Shown: positions 10,696 through 21,343, counted from the stretch's first letter. The stretch is 57,089 nucleotides of DNA from Opitutus sp. GAS368 (GCA_945861645.1 CAMAVZ010000010.1:1-57089); one strand, 5' to 3'. Translations and numbers: made by a program. Notes: generated by a model not told the origin, from the letters alone.

Positions 10696-11781
10696 ATGAG
10701 TTATGAAATGAACGACCTGTTGGAACTGGTTGTGGATCAGAAAAGTTCAGATCTACACCTGCAAGTTGGCGTGCCGCCGTGCCTGCGTTTGCGCGGTAGC
10801 ATGACTCCGATCGATGGCCCAGAGTTGCAGCCAGCGGACACCGAGAAACTGATGCTGGCGATCACCCCCGATGAGCACATCCAGAAAGTAAAACTCAACG
10901 GTGGCACTGACTTTGGTTTTGCCTTTGGGGACAAGGCTCGCTTCCGCGTCAGTGTGCTCAAGACCAAGGGTAATTACGGCTTGGTGCTGCGCCAAATCCC
11001 CAATCAATTATTTGATCTTCGTTCCATTGGTCTGCCGGATAAAATCAAAGAGCTGCTTTATCGTCCCCGAGGTTTATTTCTGGTGACTGGTCCCACTGGG
11101 TCCGGTAAATCCACCACGTTAGCGTCGCTGATCAATTATATTAATGAGAATCGTGATGGGCATATTATTACGATTGAGGATCCCATTGAATATTATCACC
11201 CGCATAAAAAATGCGTCGTAACGCAGCGCGAAGTAGGGTCCGATGTGCCGAGTTTTTCGGAGGCAATCAAGCGCGCGCTGCGGCAAGATCCTGATGTGAT
11301 TCTAGTGGGTGAGTTGCGTGATCTTGAAACGATTGAGGCGGCCATCAGTGCCGCCGAAACGGGACATTTAGTGTTCGGTACGTTGCACACGAATAGCGCC
11401 GCTAAAACCGTTGATCGCATTGTGGATGCTTTTCCCGCCTCGATGAAGGAAATGATTCGTACGCAGCTCTCGACTTCAATTATTTGCGTGATCGCCCAGT
11501 CGCTGTGCAAAAAGAAAACTGGCGGACGTATCGCTGCCTACGAAATCATGGTCAATACCACGTCCATTGGCTCGCTTATCCGCGATAATAAGACGTTTCG
11601 CATTCCCTCGGAAATCCAAACGGGCGCTGCGCTTGGCATGATTACCTTGGACACCCATCTCCTGAGCTTGGTCAATCGCGACCTCATTGAAGCGGATGAA
11701 GCCTATGAGAAGTCGCATGAGCCGATTGTGATGCGGGAAAAACTGCTCGGGCTGGGTTTTAAACTGCACGAGCACACTTAA
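10696..11781 (+). CDS. pilT: type IV pilus retraction ATPase PilT
   Basis: [65 protein letters not shown]-like SIGSLIRD. Confidence 0.92.
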   Translation: MSYEMNDLLELVVDQKSSDLHLQVGVPPCLRLRGSMTPIDGPELQPADTEKLMLAITPDEHIQKVKLNGGTDFGFAFGDKARFRVSVLKTKGNYGLVLRQIPNQLFDLRSIGLPDKIKELLYRPRGLFLVTGPTGSGKSTTLASLINYINENRDGHIITIEDPIEYYHPHKKCVVTQREVGSDVPSFSEAIKRALRQDPDVILVGELRDLETIEAAISAAETGHLVFGTLHTNSAAKTVDRIVDAFPASMKEMIRTQLSTSIICVIAQSLCKKKTGGRIAAYEIMVNTTSIGSLIRDNKTFRIPSEIQTGAALGMITLDTHLLSLVNRDLIEADEAYEKSHEPIVMREKLLGLGFKLHEHT

Positions 11782-11819
11782 CCTTTAATTTTCGACCGTG
11801 GGCCCGGTCGAAATTCCTC

Positions 11820-13511
11820 ATGTTCGAGGGATCTGATCAGGCCATTTACCAACTGCTGGCGACGCGCCGCTTAATCCCGCCCTCGGCTTTGACCGCGGCG
11901 TGGGCTGATCACGAGGGGGCCGGTCAGTCGCTGGCTGCCTTGGTGCTGCAGCGGCAGCTCCTTACCCCGGCCGAGTTGCTTGCGGCAGTCGCTGATTCCT
12001 TGAGTTTTTACTATCCCGCTACGGTGCCGGCTATTTTAGCGCCGGAGCTGGTGGCGCGGGTGCCGAGTCGTTTGGCGCAGACCTACGGCATCATGCCGAT
12101 CGCCGAGGAGGGCACGGCGCTCGCTCTGCTGGTGGCGGATCCTTTTATTCCCTCGCTCCTTGACGAGCTGACTTTGGCGCTGGGGTGCACGGTCTGTTGC
12201 TGGGTCGCTGAGCCCAGCATGGTTCGTGGTCTCATCGCTGAGCATTATCCCGATATTATAATCCCCGAGAATCCCCGATCGCTTCATCCTGCCGCGGCCG
12301 CGGCCTCGCCGCTCGTAACCGTGACCATGGGGGGTGAGATGGGGCCCACGGGCGGGACGCCGTCCGTGGTTCATTTTATCGATCTGGTGTTGACGCAGGC
12401 GATTCGCGATCACGCTTCGGATATTCATTTTGAGCCATTTGAGCAGGATTTCAAAATCCGCTACCGCATCGACGGGGTGCTTTATGAGATGTCGCCGCCC
12501 CCGAGCCACTTGGCGTTGCCCATTATCTCCCGACTTAAAATACTCGCTAATTTAAATATTACAGAACGTCGCTTGCCGCAAGATGGTCGTTTTAATTTTC
12601 AACGTGGTGCCCATCTGGTAGATTTTCGTGTCTCGACGTTGCCGACGCAATTCGGCGAAAGCGTCGTCTTGCGAATCCTTGATCAATCTGCGGTCGAACT
12701 AGAACTCGGACAACTCGGGCTGCCGGCATTACTGCTGCCGCAAATAGCGGATTTGATTCGTCGGCCCACGGGGATGCTAATTGTGACGGGGCCCACTGGC
12801 TCCGGTAAAACCACGACCCTCTATAGTTGTTTGCAGGCGCTGAACACCGTCGCCGTGAAGATGCTGACCGTCGAAGATCCCATAGAATATAATATCGATG
12901 GCATAATGCAGGTCCCCGTGAATTTGGCCGCGGGGCTGACTTTCGAGCGGGCCATGCGCACCTTTCTCCGCCACGATCCTGATATTGTCATGGTGGGCGA
13001 GATTCGCGATCACGCCACGGCCCACATTGCAATGCAGGCTTCGCTCACCGGTCATTTTGTGTTGAGCACCCTGCACACCAACGATGCCCCCGGCGCCTTG
13101 ACGCGCTTAGTGGAAATGGGCATCGAGCCTTTTTTGTTAGCCTCTACTTTGGCCGGCGTCCTCGCGCAGCGACTGGTCCGGCGAATTTGTCCGTCTTGTC
13201 GAACGGCTTTTGCTCCCTCCGTGGCTGATTTACAGCAGTTAATGTTAGATGCGGCAGAATGGCGGGGCCGGCCTTTTTATCATGGTCGCGGGTGTGCCGC
13301 TTGTCATCAAACTGGCTATCAAGGTCGGTTGGGTATTTTTGAATTTATGTCTCTGACTGAGCCGCTGCGTGATCTCGTCGTCCAAGGCGCGGCGCTGGGG
13401 CAACTCCGTCAGCAAGCGGTAGCGCAGGGGATGATCACCCTCCGCGCCGCTGGGGTGGAAGCCATTTTAGCCGGGCAGACCAGTGTCGCCGAGGTGATGC
13501 GCTACACCTGA
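11820..13511 (+). CDS. second GspE/PilB family ATPase
   Basis: ASDIHFEP, PQDGR, GPTGSGKTTT, RHDPDIVMVGEIRD, LTGHFVLSTLHTN, CxxC pairs. Confidence 0.92.
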   Translation: MFEGSDQAIYQLLATRRLIPPSALTAAWADHEGAGQSLAALVLQRQLLTPAELLAAVADSLSFYYPATVPAILAPELVARVPSRLAQTYGIMPIAEEGTALALLVADPFIPSLLDELTLALGCTVCCWVAEPSMVRGLIAEHYPDIIIPENPRSLHPAAAAASPLVTVTMGGEMGPTGGTPSVVHFIDLVLTQAIRDHASDIHFEPFEQDFKIRYRIDGVLYEMSPPPSHLALPIISRLKILANLNITERRLPQDGRFNFQRGAHLVDFRVSTLPTQFGESVVLRILDQSAVELELGQLGLPALLLPQIADLIRRPTGMLIVTGPTGSGKTTTLYSCLQALNTVAVKMLTVEDPIEYNIDGIMQVPVNLAAGLTFERAMRTFLRHDPDIVMVGEIRDHATAHIAMQASLTGHFVLSTLHTNDAPGALTRLVEMGIEPFLLASTLAGVLAQRLVRRICPSCRTAFAPSVADLQQLMLDAAEWRGRPFYHGRGCAACHQTGYQGRLGIFEFMSLTEPLRDLVVQGAALGQLRQQAVAQGMITLRAAGVEAILAGQTSVAEVMRYT

Positions 13512-13598
13512 AGTCACGGCGCCTACGGATAATACCTTTCGCTCATAATTGATACGCCATGCTCCAGCTTAATGACCTGACCCTAACCATGTGTGCTG

Positions 13599-14873
13599 AT
13601 GCCCCATTTTAATTACACTGCGATTGATCACAACGGCATGACGCGAGTGGGTCAGCTTGAAGCGGGTGAGGTTAAGCTCGTGGCGCGACTGCTGCGTACG
13701 CAAGGGCTCTTTCCCACCAAGGTTACGCTCGTTGAGGTTGCCGTTGCGGAACACCTCGGGTTCGGGGTGACGCCGCGTAAAGCGCCGCTTCCTCCGACTT
13801 GGTGGCAAGAGCTCCCCATCCCCGGTCGCGCCCCGGTTCCACCGAAGGCTCTGGCAATTTTTACGCGCCAGCTCGCTAGTTTGCTCAGGGCTGGGCTGCC
13901 CTTGTTGCGAAGCCTGGAAGTGTTGGCGCGACAGGAGCGTAATGGCTATTTTCATAGAACGCTCACGGCGCTGGTGGTGACGCTGCAATCTGGGGGGGCA
14001 TTCTCCGAGGCACTGGCGCAGCATCCGCAAATTTTTGACCGACTTTATCTTAATATGATTAAGGCCGGCGAGGCGGGCGCCACTCTTGATGTGGTCTTAG
14101 ATCGGCTCGCTCAATTTCGAGAAAAAAGTCTCCGTTTAAAAGGGCAACTGAGCGCAGCGCTTATGTATCCGCTGTTAGTTTTGACCGTAGCGGGACTGAT
14201 TTTGGGTGGATTATTGATTTTTGTCGTGCCCAAATTTCAGGAAATTTTTGCCGAGCTTCTGAAAGGAGCTCCCTTGCCCGCACTGACGCAATTAATTTTA
14301 ACGATCAGTCAGTTGTTCAAGGTCCATTATTTCTTAGGGCTGGGCCTCGGCTGCGCGGTTAGCTTGGTCGGCTTTCTTTATTGGCGTACGCCCCATGGCG
14401 CGCGACAGCTAGCGCGGGGGATGATTAAATTGCCTCTATTCGGCGAACTGTGGCTGAAAAGTATCGTGGCGCGTTTTGCCCGCACCTTGGCTACTTTGCT
14501 GTCGAGTGGGGTGCCGATTTTATCGGCGCTACTCATCACGCGCGATACGGTGGGCAATGTTTGGGTCAGTGCCGCCATCACGACCGTCCACGACCGCGTG
14601 AAAGAGGGCGCTACGGTGGCGCAACCTTTGGTCGCTACAGGTATATTCCCGCCAATGGTGACCAGTATGATTGAGGTGGGCGAGGAAACTGGCCGCTTGC
14701 CGGAGATGCTCGAGCAGATCGGGGCAATCTATGAAGCCGAAGCTGACCATACCGTGGCGGGGCTCAGCTCGCTGCTGGAACCGTTCCTCATTCTTTTTCT
14801 TGCGCTCATCGTTGGGACGATTGTCGTCGCACTTTTTCTGCCGATCGTGCGCATCGTGCAGCTCCTGACTTAG
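13599..14873 (+). CDS. pilC: type II secretion/type IV pilus platform protein (GspF/PilC)
   Basis: FTRQLASLLRAGLPL, AGEAG, ALMYP, VGEETGRL, LLEP, LFLPI; transmembrane segments. Confidence 0.92.
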   Translation: MPHFNYTAIDHNGMTRVGQLEAGEVKLVARLLRTQGLFPTKVTLVEVAVAEHLGFGVTPRKAPLPPTWWQELPIPGRAPVPPKALAIFTRQLASLLRAGLPLLRSLEVLARQERNGYFHRTLTALVVTLQSGGAFSEALAQHPQIFDRLYLNMIKAGEAGATLDVVLDRLAQFREKSLRLKGQLSAALMYPLLVLTVAGLILGGLLIFVVPKFQEIFAELLKGAPLPALTQLILTISQLFKVHYFLGLGLGCAVSLVGFLYWRTPHGARQLARGMIKLPLFGELWLKSIVARFARTLATLLSSGVPILSALLITRDTVGNVWVSAAITTVHDRVKEGATVAQPLVATGIFPPMVTSMIEVGEETGRLPEMLEQIGAIYEAEADHTVAGLSSLLEPFLILFLALIVGTIVVALFLPIVRIVQLLT

Positions 14874-14925
14874 GGCAGGCCCGCGCACCGCGCTGACCTA
14901 CTCAGTCGGAGACTTCTCTCCGGAT

Positions 14926-15915
14926 TTATTTCAGCGGCTTCGTCAGCAACAACGGTGAATTCAAGCCGATGTGTTTATCGGAAAATTCATCATTTTCTCC
15001 CGCTTGGCGGAGCAGGCGCTGCACCATGCCCATTTTAGCGTCGAGGTCGTCGATTTTGGCGACGAAGACCGCCTCGGGCGTGGCGGCGATAACGGCCGCG
15101 CCCCACTCGAGCTCACCTTGATGACTTAGGACAATGTGTTCGAGTCGCTCGAGCAGGTCGGCGTTGAGTTTCGCTTTGAGGCCAGCTTTACGGACCAATT
15201 GGTAGCCGAGGACCACGTGGCCCTGTAAAATCCCTTTACGGCTGCGCGAAGTAGCGAGAGTGCCTTGGTACTCGATGACTTTGCCCGTGTCGTGAACTAA
15301 AATTCCGGCTAGAGCTAAATCGGCATCGATTTCCGGGTAAAGCGGCGCGAGCGCCTGGCAGGCCCGCGCCATATGACAGGTGTGCTCGAGTAGGCCATGA
15401 CGGTAGGCGTGGTGCATCGCGAGCGCGGCGGGGGCGATGCGAAAGGCGTCGCCGATTTCCTCGAACACGGCCTGCACCGTAGCGCGCAACTCGGGTTGGG
15501 TGATGGCCGCGATCTGAGTCTGAAATTCTGCCCAGAGCGCCTCGCTGTCCTCGGGCGCTGTTTCAACGAGGTTGCTCATCAGTAGTGAACCGGCGAGTTG
15601 TTCGGCGGTGATTTCTTCCGCCCGGAGTAACTTCGGCGAAAACCGATTCTGATAATAATCCACTTTGCCTTCAATCCGGACGACTAAGCCCTCTTTGAGT
15701 CCTTTAAAAAAATCAAAGGAGGGATTATCGCTGAAACAATTGCAGTTAAACATGCCGGTTTTATCGGTGAGCTCGACCATGAGGAATGAATTACCCGTTT
15801 TAGTCGGCTTTTCCGCGATCCGCTTGATCAGGAGAACGCTGTGAAAAATATCTCCCCCCGTGCGGTTGAGGGCTTTGATTTCACGGACGGTGAGGGCAGG
15901 AGTGAGGTCAGACAT
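14926..15915 (-). CDS. YhaM-family OB-fold + HD-domain 3'-5' exoribonuclease
   Basis: N-terminal OB fold (LTDKTG), PAA..MHHAYRHGLLEH, HDTGK, GH, SHQGELEWG, DDLDAK. Confidence 0.85.
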   Translation of the reverse strand: MSDLTPALTVREIKALNRTGGDIFHSVLLIKRIAEKPTKTGNSFLMVELTDKTGMFNCNCFSDNPSFDFFKGLKEGLVVRIEGKVDYYQNRFSPKLLRAEEITAEQLAGSLLMSNLVETAPEDSEALWAEFQTQIAAITQPELRATVQAVFEEIGDAFRIAPAALAMHHAYRHGLLEHTCHMARACQALAPLYPEIDADLALAGILVHDTGKVIEYQGTLATSRSRKGILQGHVVLGYQLVRKAGLKAKLNADLLERLEHIVLSHQGELEWGAAVIAATPEAVFVAKIDDLDAKMGMVQRLLRQAGENDEFSDKHIGLNSPLLLTKPLK

Positions 15916-16006
15916 AGGGGTGGCGGTAAAGATGGCCGGAACAGGAATGAGCGGAAGGTGATTAACCGCTGGCAGGAAGCTTAAAATTTACGACGCCCGG
16001 CGCGGA

Positions 16007-16612
16007 CTAGCCATATTTTTTCACGAGAGCGGTGTATTCGCGAAAGAAAGTATGTTGGGCACTTTGTAAGAGAGCGTAAAAGACAGTCTCGGCTGGCAAC
16101 ACGGCGCAGCCTGCCTGGGCGAGGTGCGTCAACGCCGTGGTCGCATCACTCGTACGGCGGGCGCCTACGCAATCGGCGAGGATGGTGACTTGGTACCCCG
16201 CGCTAAGCGCATCGCGAGCGGTCTGGTAGACGCAGATCGGGGTCTCGATACCGCCGAGCAATAAATGTTGGGCCCCACTGAGACGGATCCGCTCGGCAAT
16301 TTTAGCCTCACCCATCGCCGAGAAGGCGGTCTTGCCTAAAGCGGTCGGGGCGGCGCAATGGGCTAGCAAATCTTCAGCGGTGCCGCCGAGCTTGTGAGGA
16401 ACTTGTTCGGTGAAAAGTACGGGCAACCCAAGGCCACGGGCTGCTTCCAACGCAAAGGAGCAGCGCCAGTGCACGCGTTGGCTATCCGGAATTGCGGCCA
16501 AAAAGATTGGCTGCAGGTCAATACAAAGGAGCAGCGGTGGTGGCGAGCTAGGCGTAGTGGGCGTGGGCGCTTCGCCGGTGAGGGGGGGCCGCGAGTGGGG
16601 CAAGGCAGGCAT
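16007..16612 (-). CDS. isochorismatase family hydrolase
   Basis: IDLQ, TEQVP.KLG.T, KTAFS, GIETPICVYQT. Confidence 0.88.
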   Translation of the reverse strand: MPALPHSRPPLTGEAPTPTTPSSPPPLLLCIDLQPIFLAAIPDSQRVHWRCSFALEAARGLGLPVLFTEQVPHKLGGTAEDLLAHCAAPTALGKTAFSAMGEAKIAERIRLSGAQHLLLGGIETPICVYQTARDALSAGYQVTILADCVGARRTSDATTALTHLAQAGCAVLPAETVFYALLQSAQHTFFREYTALVKKYG

Positions 16613-16718
16613 GACCCTACCTTTGCGGGCATTGCGCGCGGGACAAGGGATAACTTATTTCGATAAAATGAGGCAGCTCCCGCTAGCGCCGTACCGAATT
16701 TTATCAAAATTTTTGCTA

Positions 16719-17378
16719 TTATTTATAATAGGTTTCGCGCGCCTTTACCTGCACAATCCGCTTTTCGGGTAAAATATAGGCGGTGAGGCAGCCTCCGAGC
16801 ACGCAGGCCGTGTCGAGGCCCAAGGTCCATTTAGTCCGAGCCACCTCGGGGCGCGGGGTATGGCCGTAGACGACGAAAGGCGGACCCACCCAGAGTTCTG
16901 ACCAATGGGGCGCCTCAGGTGCCTCCGATCGCTTGCGGGGTTCGCCTGCTGGATCGACCACTTGGATGCGCGTCACAATCCGCGCAGGTTGCTTGGCCCA
17001 AGGCCGGTTGGGCAAAAAACCGGCATGCACCAAGACCACGCCTAATGACTCGTCTTCATAGGTCAATTTCATGGTCTCAAGATAGTCCCAGTCTTTGGGC
17101 CGCAGTTGCTCCATGGTTGCGTAATCGTATTTTTTTAAGTGCGTCGGATCATCGGTTCGCCGGTAATTCAAATGACGCAGCTCATGATTTCCCAAAAGGG
17201 AGACCGTGGCATACTCGCGGGCTAATTCGACAACTTTGCCGCTATCGGGACCCCGATTGATGAGATCGCCGAGGAGGATGAGGCGATCGTCCTTGCGGAG
17301 ATCGAGTTTCTCGAGGAGGTCCGCAAATTCCTTGTGACAGCCGTGGATGTCTCCGATGGCGATTAATCTACCAAGCAT
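16719..17378 (-). CDS. calcineurin-like metallophosphoesterase (PrpE/ApaH-like)
   Basis: GDIHG, GDLINRG, GNHE, HAG, GHTP, LDT motifs. Confidence 0.9.
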   Translation of the reverse strand: MLGRLIAIGDIHGCHKEFADLLEKLDLRKDDRLILLGDLINRGPDSGKVVELAREYATVSLLGNHELRHLNYRRTDDPTHLKKYDYATMEQLRPKDWDYLETMKLTYEDESLGVVLVHAGFLPNRPWAKQPARIVTRIQVVDPAGEPRKRSEAPEAPHWSELWVGPPFVVYGHTPRPEVARTKWTLGLDTACVLGGCLTAYILPEKRIVQVKARETYYK

Positions 17379-17515
17379 GGGAAAGAATCGAGCGGCCGGC
17401 GCAGATCATTTTGTTAATCTGAGGCGAGCGTTGAGCCGGCGCGGGGGTAAGAACCAGGGAGTTAATACTTTCTTGCTAGCGTTCAGACTTCGAGAGGGTA
17501 AACAAGAAAACGACT

Positions 17516-18046
17516 ATGGAGTTAAATCTTCACCCTATTGCCACAAAATGTTTCGTGAGCGGCCGCGATTTCGCGGAAAATGACCGCATTGCCTGCTACC
17601 TGGCCCGAGAAGCTTCCGGGGAGGTTATCCGCCGCGACCTGCTGGAGCTTGAGGACGGCCGCTTCATGCCGCCGGCTTTCATTTATTGCCGCTGGGTCGT
17701 GGCCTTCAAACAGCGCAAGGCTGGTGAAAATCCCGCGCTGACGCTGAAACTCACCGCCGATAATTTATTTCTTACGCTGGCTGACCCCGCGAATGAACCG
17801 AACGCTACGAACACGCCCTTGCTGCAGTTCCTCGCTCTCATGCTGGAGCGCAAGAAGCTGATTAAGCCTCGCGGTATCTCTGAGGATGGTCAGCGCCAAA
17901 TTTACGAGCACATGGCGACCCACCAGCTTTACGAAGTCCCCCTTGGGGATTTGAATGCCGATTTTTTCCAAAAGATCCAAGAGCACCTCGGGGTGCTCGT
18001 GGGTACGCCGAAGCCCAAAGTTGAGCCGGTGATTGTGACGACCTAA
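17516..18046 (+). CDS. conserved hypothetical protein
   Basis: clean 176-aa ORF with ATG start, divergent from the phosphoesterase; no function recognised. Confidence 0.75.
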   Translation: MELNLHPIATKCFVSGRDFAENDRIACYLAREASGEVIRRDLLELEDGRFMPPAFIYCRWVVAFKQRKAGENPALTLKLTADNLFLTLADPANEPNATNTPLLQFLALMLERKKLIKPRGISEDGQRQIYEHMATHQLYEVPLGDLNADFFQKIQEHLGVLVGTPKPKVEPVIVTT

Positions 18047-18167
18047 AAAGTTGGAATCTTGCGCCCAGCGTGAGCTCGCCGAGCTTATTCGATGCAGTCA
18101 GGCTGGTGCGCGAAAATGTTTTTGTTTGTTAGTTGAGCGACCCGACGAATTGCTTTAACTTTGCGGG

Positions 18168-19781
18168 ATGAAAGATCTCGCTCGGATTGCCGAAGAACTG
18201 GGTATCGCTTCGCAACATTTACTGTTTTACGGCCGCGACAAGGCGAAGGTCTCTTTGGCGGCTCTCGCGGGGCGACCAGCTCAAGGGCGTTTGATTTTAG
18301 TGTCAGCCATCACCCCGACGCCAGCAGGCGAGGGCAAAACCACTGTTTCGATTGGGCTGGCCCAAGGTTTAAAAAAAATCGGCCGAACCGTCGCCTTGGC
18401 GTTGCGGGAACCATCCATGGGCCCCGTCTTTGGTCGCAAGGGTGGCGCGACCGGCGGCGGTCGGAGCAGCCTGACCCCGGCGCAGGATATTAATCTGCAT
18501 TTTACGGGTGATTTTCATGCGATCACCGCGGCCAATAACTTACTGGCCGCGGTATTGGACAATCATCTGCATTTTAAAACTGCCCGGTTGGCCCCAGCGG
18601 AGGTCCTCTGGAAACGCGTCCTTGACGTCAATGATCGGGCGCTGCGGAGCATTACCACCAGTCAGGCTGGCGCCACGGAGCGGTTGTCCGGATTTAATAT
18701 TACGGCGGCCTCGGAGATTATGGCGATCATCTGCCTCGCAGAATCGTTGGCCGATCTCCGGGTGCGGCTCGATCGTATCGTGCTTGGTTTTACGGCGGAG
18801 GGAGCCGCGGTGTTTGCGCAGGAACTGAAAATTACGGGTGCGCTCCTTGCCGTCTTGCGTGATGCGCTCAGGCCGAATCTCGTGCAATCGGTGGAAGGGG
18901 TGCCGGCTTTTGTGCACGGTGGGCCCTTTGCGAATATTGCCCACGGTTGTAATTCTGTTCTCGCGACGCGCTTGGCGCTGGCGCATGCCGATTTTGCCGT
19001 CACTGAAGCGGGGTTCGCTTTTGATCTCGGGGGCGAGAAATTTATTCATATTAAATGTCGGCAGAGTGGTTTAACCCCAGCGGCCATTGTGTTGGTCGCT
19101 ACCGTCCGCGCCTTGAAACATCATGGCGGTACGGCGGCGGTTGATCTCACGCGACCCGATGTGGCTGCGGTGGAGCGCGGCTTAGACAATCTCGCGGCGC
19201 ATCTCACGAGTGCCGGCCGATTTGGCCGGCCCGTAATCGTAGCGATTAATCGCTTTGCGAGCGATTCACCTGAGGAACTCGCCACGATCCAAGATTGCTG
19301 TCGAGCTCGCGCGGTGCCTTGTGCGGTAGCGGATGTTTTTGGCCAAGGCGGTGCTGGCGCGACGGACTTAGCGCAGACCTTGGTCGCAGCCCTGCCTGCG
19401 GTGACACCCGCTTTGCCGTTTCTTTATGCTGCGGATGAGCCGGTCGAGCAGAAATTACAGAAAATTGCTCGTGGCATGTACGGTGCCGATGGGGTCGTGC
19501 TAACAGCTGAGGCGAAGGCCAAGCTCGCGCTCTTCACGCTAGGGGGGTTTCACCACCTGCCAATCTGTATGGCGAAAACTCAGGACTCCCTGAGCGACAA
19601 TCCCAAGCTATCTGGTCGACCCCGTGGATTTACCATCACCGTGCGCGATTTTGAAATCGCGAACGGGGCCGGTTATCTCGTCGCGCTCACCGGCCAAATG
19701 ATGCGGATGCCAGCGCTCCCTCGGCTGCCGGCGGCTGAACGGATCGACGTTACCGAAGCTGGAACAATAACTGGTTTATAA
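18168..19781 (+). CDS. fhs: formate--tetrahydrofolate ligase
   Basis: TPTPAGEGKTT, KGGATGGG, INLHFTGD, HGGPFANIAHG, TEAGF, CMAKTQ. Confidence 0.96.
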   Translation: MKDLARIAEELGIASQHLLFYGRDKAKVSLAALAGRPAQGRLILVSAITPTPAGEGKTTVSIGLAQGLKKIGRTVALALREPSMGPVFGRKGGATGGGRSSLTPAQDINLHFTGDFHAITAANNLLAAVLDNHLHFKTARLAPAEVLWKRVLDVNDRALRSITTSQAGATERLSGFNITAASEIMAIICLAESLADLRVRLDRIVLGFTAEGAAVFAQELKITGALLAVLRDALRPNLVQSVEGVPAFVHGGPFANIAHGCNSVLATRLALAHADFAVTEAGFAFDLGGEKFIHIKCRQSGLTPAAIVLVATVRALKHHGGTAAVDLTRPDVAAVERGLDNLAAHLTSAGRFGRPVIVAINRFASDSPEELATIQDCCRARAVPCAVADVFGQGGAGATDLAQTLVAALPAVTPALPFLYAADEPVEQKLQKIARGMYGADGVVLTAEAKAKLALFTLGGFHHLPICMAKTQDSLSDNPKLSGRPRGFTITVRDFEIANGAGYLVALTGQMMRMPALPRLPAAERIDVTEAGTITGL

Positions 19782-19919
19782 ATTCGACGCCGCTGATCGC
19801 CGCCCCTGGCGATGAGCATTAACGGCCCCGGCGAAAAAGTTTCCAAAATGTAACGTTTGGGCTGTTGACTTAGTCCCTGCTGCGAGTGTGGATTGAACAT
19901 TCCCTCAACCCCATTCGCG

Positions 19920-20294
19920 ATGCCTCTAAAATCTTCCGCGTCTAAATCGCTCACGCGTGCTAAATTAGTTTCGCGCGTAGCTGTCAGTCAGAAATTGCTC
20001 GAAGCAGCCAAGAAAACGGTCAAAGGCGCTAAAATTCAGTTCAAGCACGCCAAACAGAAATTTAAAGTGGCCAAGCGGGCGGCGAAGGTGGCCAAGAAAA
20101 TAGTGAAAGCGTTGAAAGCTGAGCTTGCGGCACTAGCCACTAAAAAATCACCAGCGCGGCCAAAATCTACGGCTAAAAAATTAACGAGTAAACGCGTGCG
20201 GGTCTTAGCTCCAACGATCCTCGCTTCGACGCCGGAACCTCGTGCAGGGGAATCTGTCGTGATTAATCCTCCAGTGGTTACGCCGGGGATTTGA
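19920..20294 (+). CDS. Lys/Ala-rich basic hypothetical protein (histone H1-like composition)
   Basis: AAKKTVKGAK...AKRAAKVAKKIVKALKAE repeats; sole plausible ORF in the gap. Confidence 0.6.
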   Translation: MPLKSSASKSLTRAKLVSRVAVSQKLLEAAKKTVKGAKIQFKHAKQKFKVAKRAAKVAKKIVKALKAELAALATKKSPARPKSTAKKLTSKRVRVLAPTILASTPEPRAGESVVINPPVVTPGI

Positions 20295-20500
20295 TTCGTA
20301 GTTATCTCGATCAGGGGTGGGGTCAGTTTTATGGGACAGCCCGTGGCAGCGTCCTGTAAGCACGTTTATTGGTCCTAATCGGCAAATCGTACCCCGCTGC
20401 GAGCAGCACGGTGGTTCCATTTTTTCGCTTTAGCTGAATTGGCACCGGAAATTAACCGCTTTGGCGCAATTGTGCCATGAGGTGACGCTACGCTGGGGCT

Positions 20501-21343
20501 ATGGTACGGTTAACAACTGCATCCTCCAAACCGCTGTGGCTCGTGGGGGTTTTTCTTTTTATGGGGTTGGTTCCAAGTCACGCGGCAGAGACCGCGGTGA
20601 CGAAGGCGCAAAGACTTTACGCTAGCGGACGCTATGCGGAAGCTAACTTGGTATTGGTTGATCATGACTGTTCACCCGCTGCCCCGGCCGCCGATCTTTA
20701 CCTTTTAGGAAAAATTAAAGTGCACTGCGGCGATTACGCTGCAGCGATTAAACTATTATCCCGGGCAGTGGCCTTAGCCCCGGCGGAGTCGGATTATCAA
20801 CTCTGGCTCGGCAATAGTTATGCTTGGGCGGCGAGCACCGCAGATCTCAAACAGAGAGCCCAGTGGGGGCGAAAGTCTCTGCGGGCTTACCAAGCTGCGA
20901 TTCAGCTCCAACCTGGCAACCTCAGCGCCCGACTCAGCTTGCTTAATTTTTATCGTCATGTCCCTCGACTCTTAGGTGGGGGGATGGCCCGAGCGCACAA
21001 CGAAGCAGAGGAAATTCGCCGGCGTGATCCCCTCCAAGGAAGTTATGCCTTAGCGGTGCTCTATGCCCATGAGCAGCACTCCGCGCAGGCCGCCGCGGCG
21101 TTGGCGGCTGTGCTCGCGAATAACCCCCGTCATTATGGTGCTAACGTGGCCTTAGGCCGATTAGCCATCGCGTCGGGAGTGGGCTGGCCCCAAGGTGAAC
21201 GCGCGCTGCGCCTTTGCCTAACTCTGCAACCTTCCGAAAACGATGTCAGTCATGAGCAAGTAGCGGCAGATCTGCGTCAATTAGTGGAGCAAGCTTCGCG
21301 GTTAGCTGGGAGCGAGCTAACCAGTCGTACCGGGAATCAATAA
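20501..21343 (+). CDS. exported tetratricopeptide-repeat protein
   Basis: signal-peptide-like N-terminus; TPR-like helices (AVALAP, YQLWLG, AIQLQP). Confidence 0.7.
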   Translation: MVRLTTASSKPLWLVGVFLFMGLVPSHAAETAVTKAQRLYASGRYAEANLVLVDHDCSPAAPAADLYLLGKIKVHCGDYAAAIKLLSRAVALAPAESDYQLWLGNSYAWAASTADLKQRAQWGRKSLRAYQAAIQLQPGNLSARLSLLNFYRHVPRLLGGGMARAHNEAEEIRRRDPLQGSYALAVLYAHEQHSAQAAAALAAVLANNPRHYGANVALGRLAIASGVGWPQGERALRLCLTLQPSENDVSHEQVAADLRQLVEQASRLAGSELTSRTGNQ

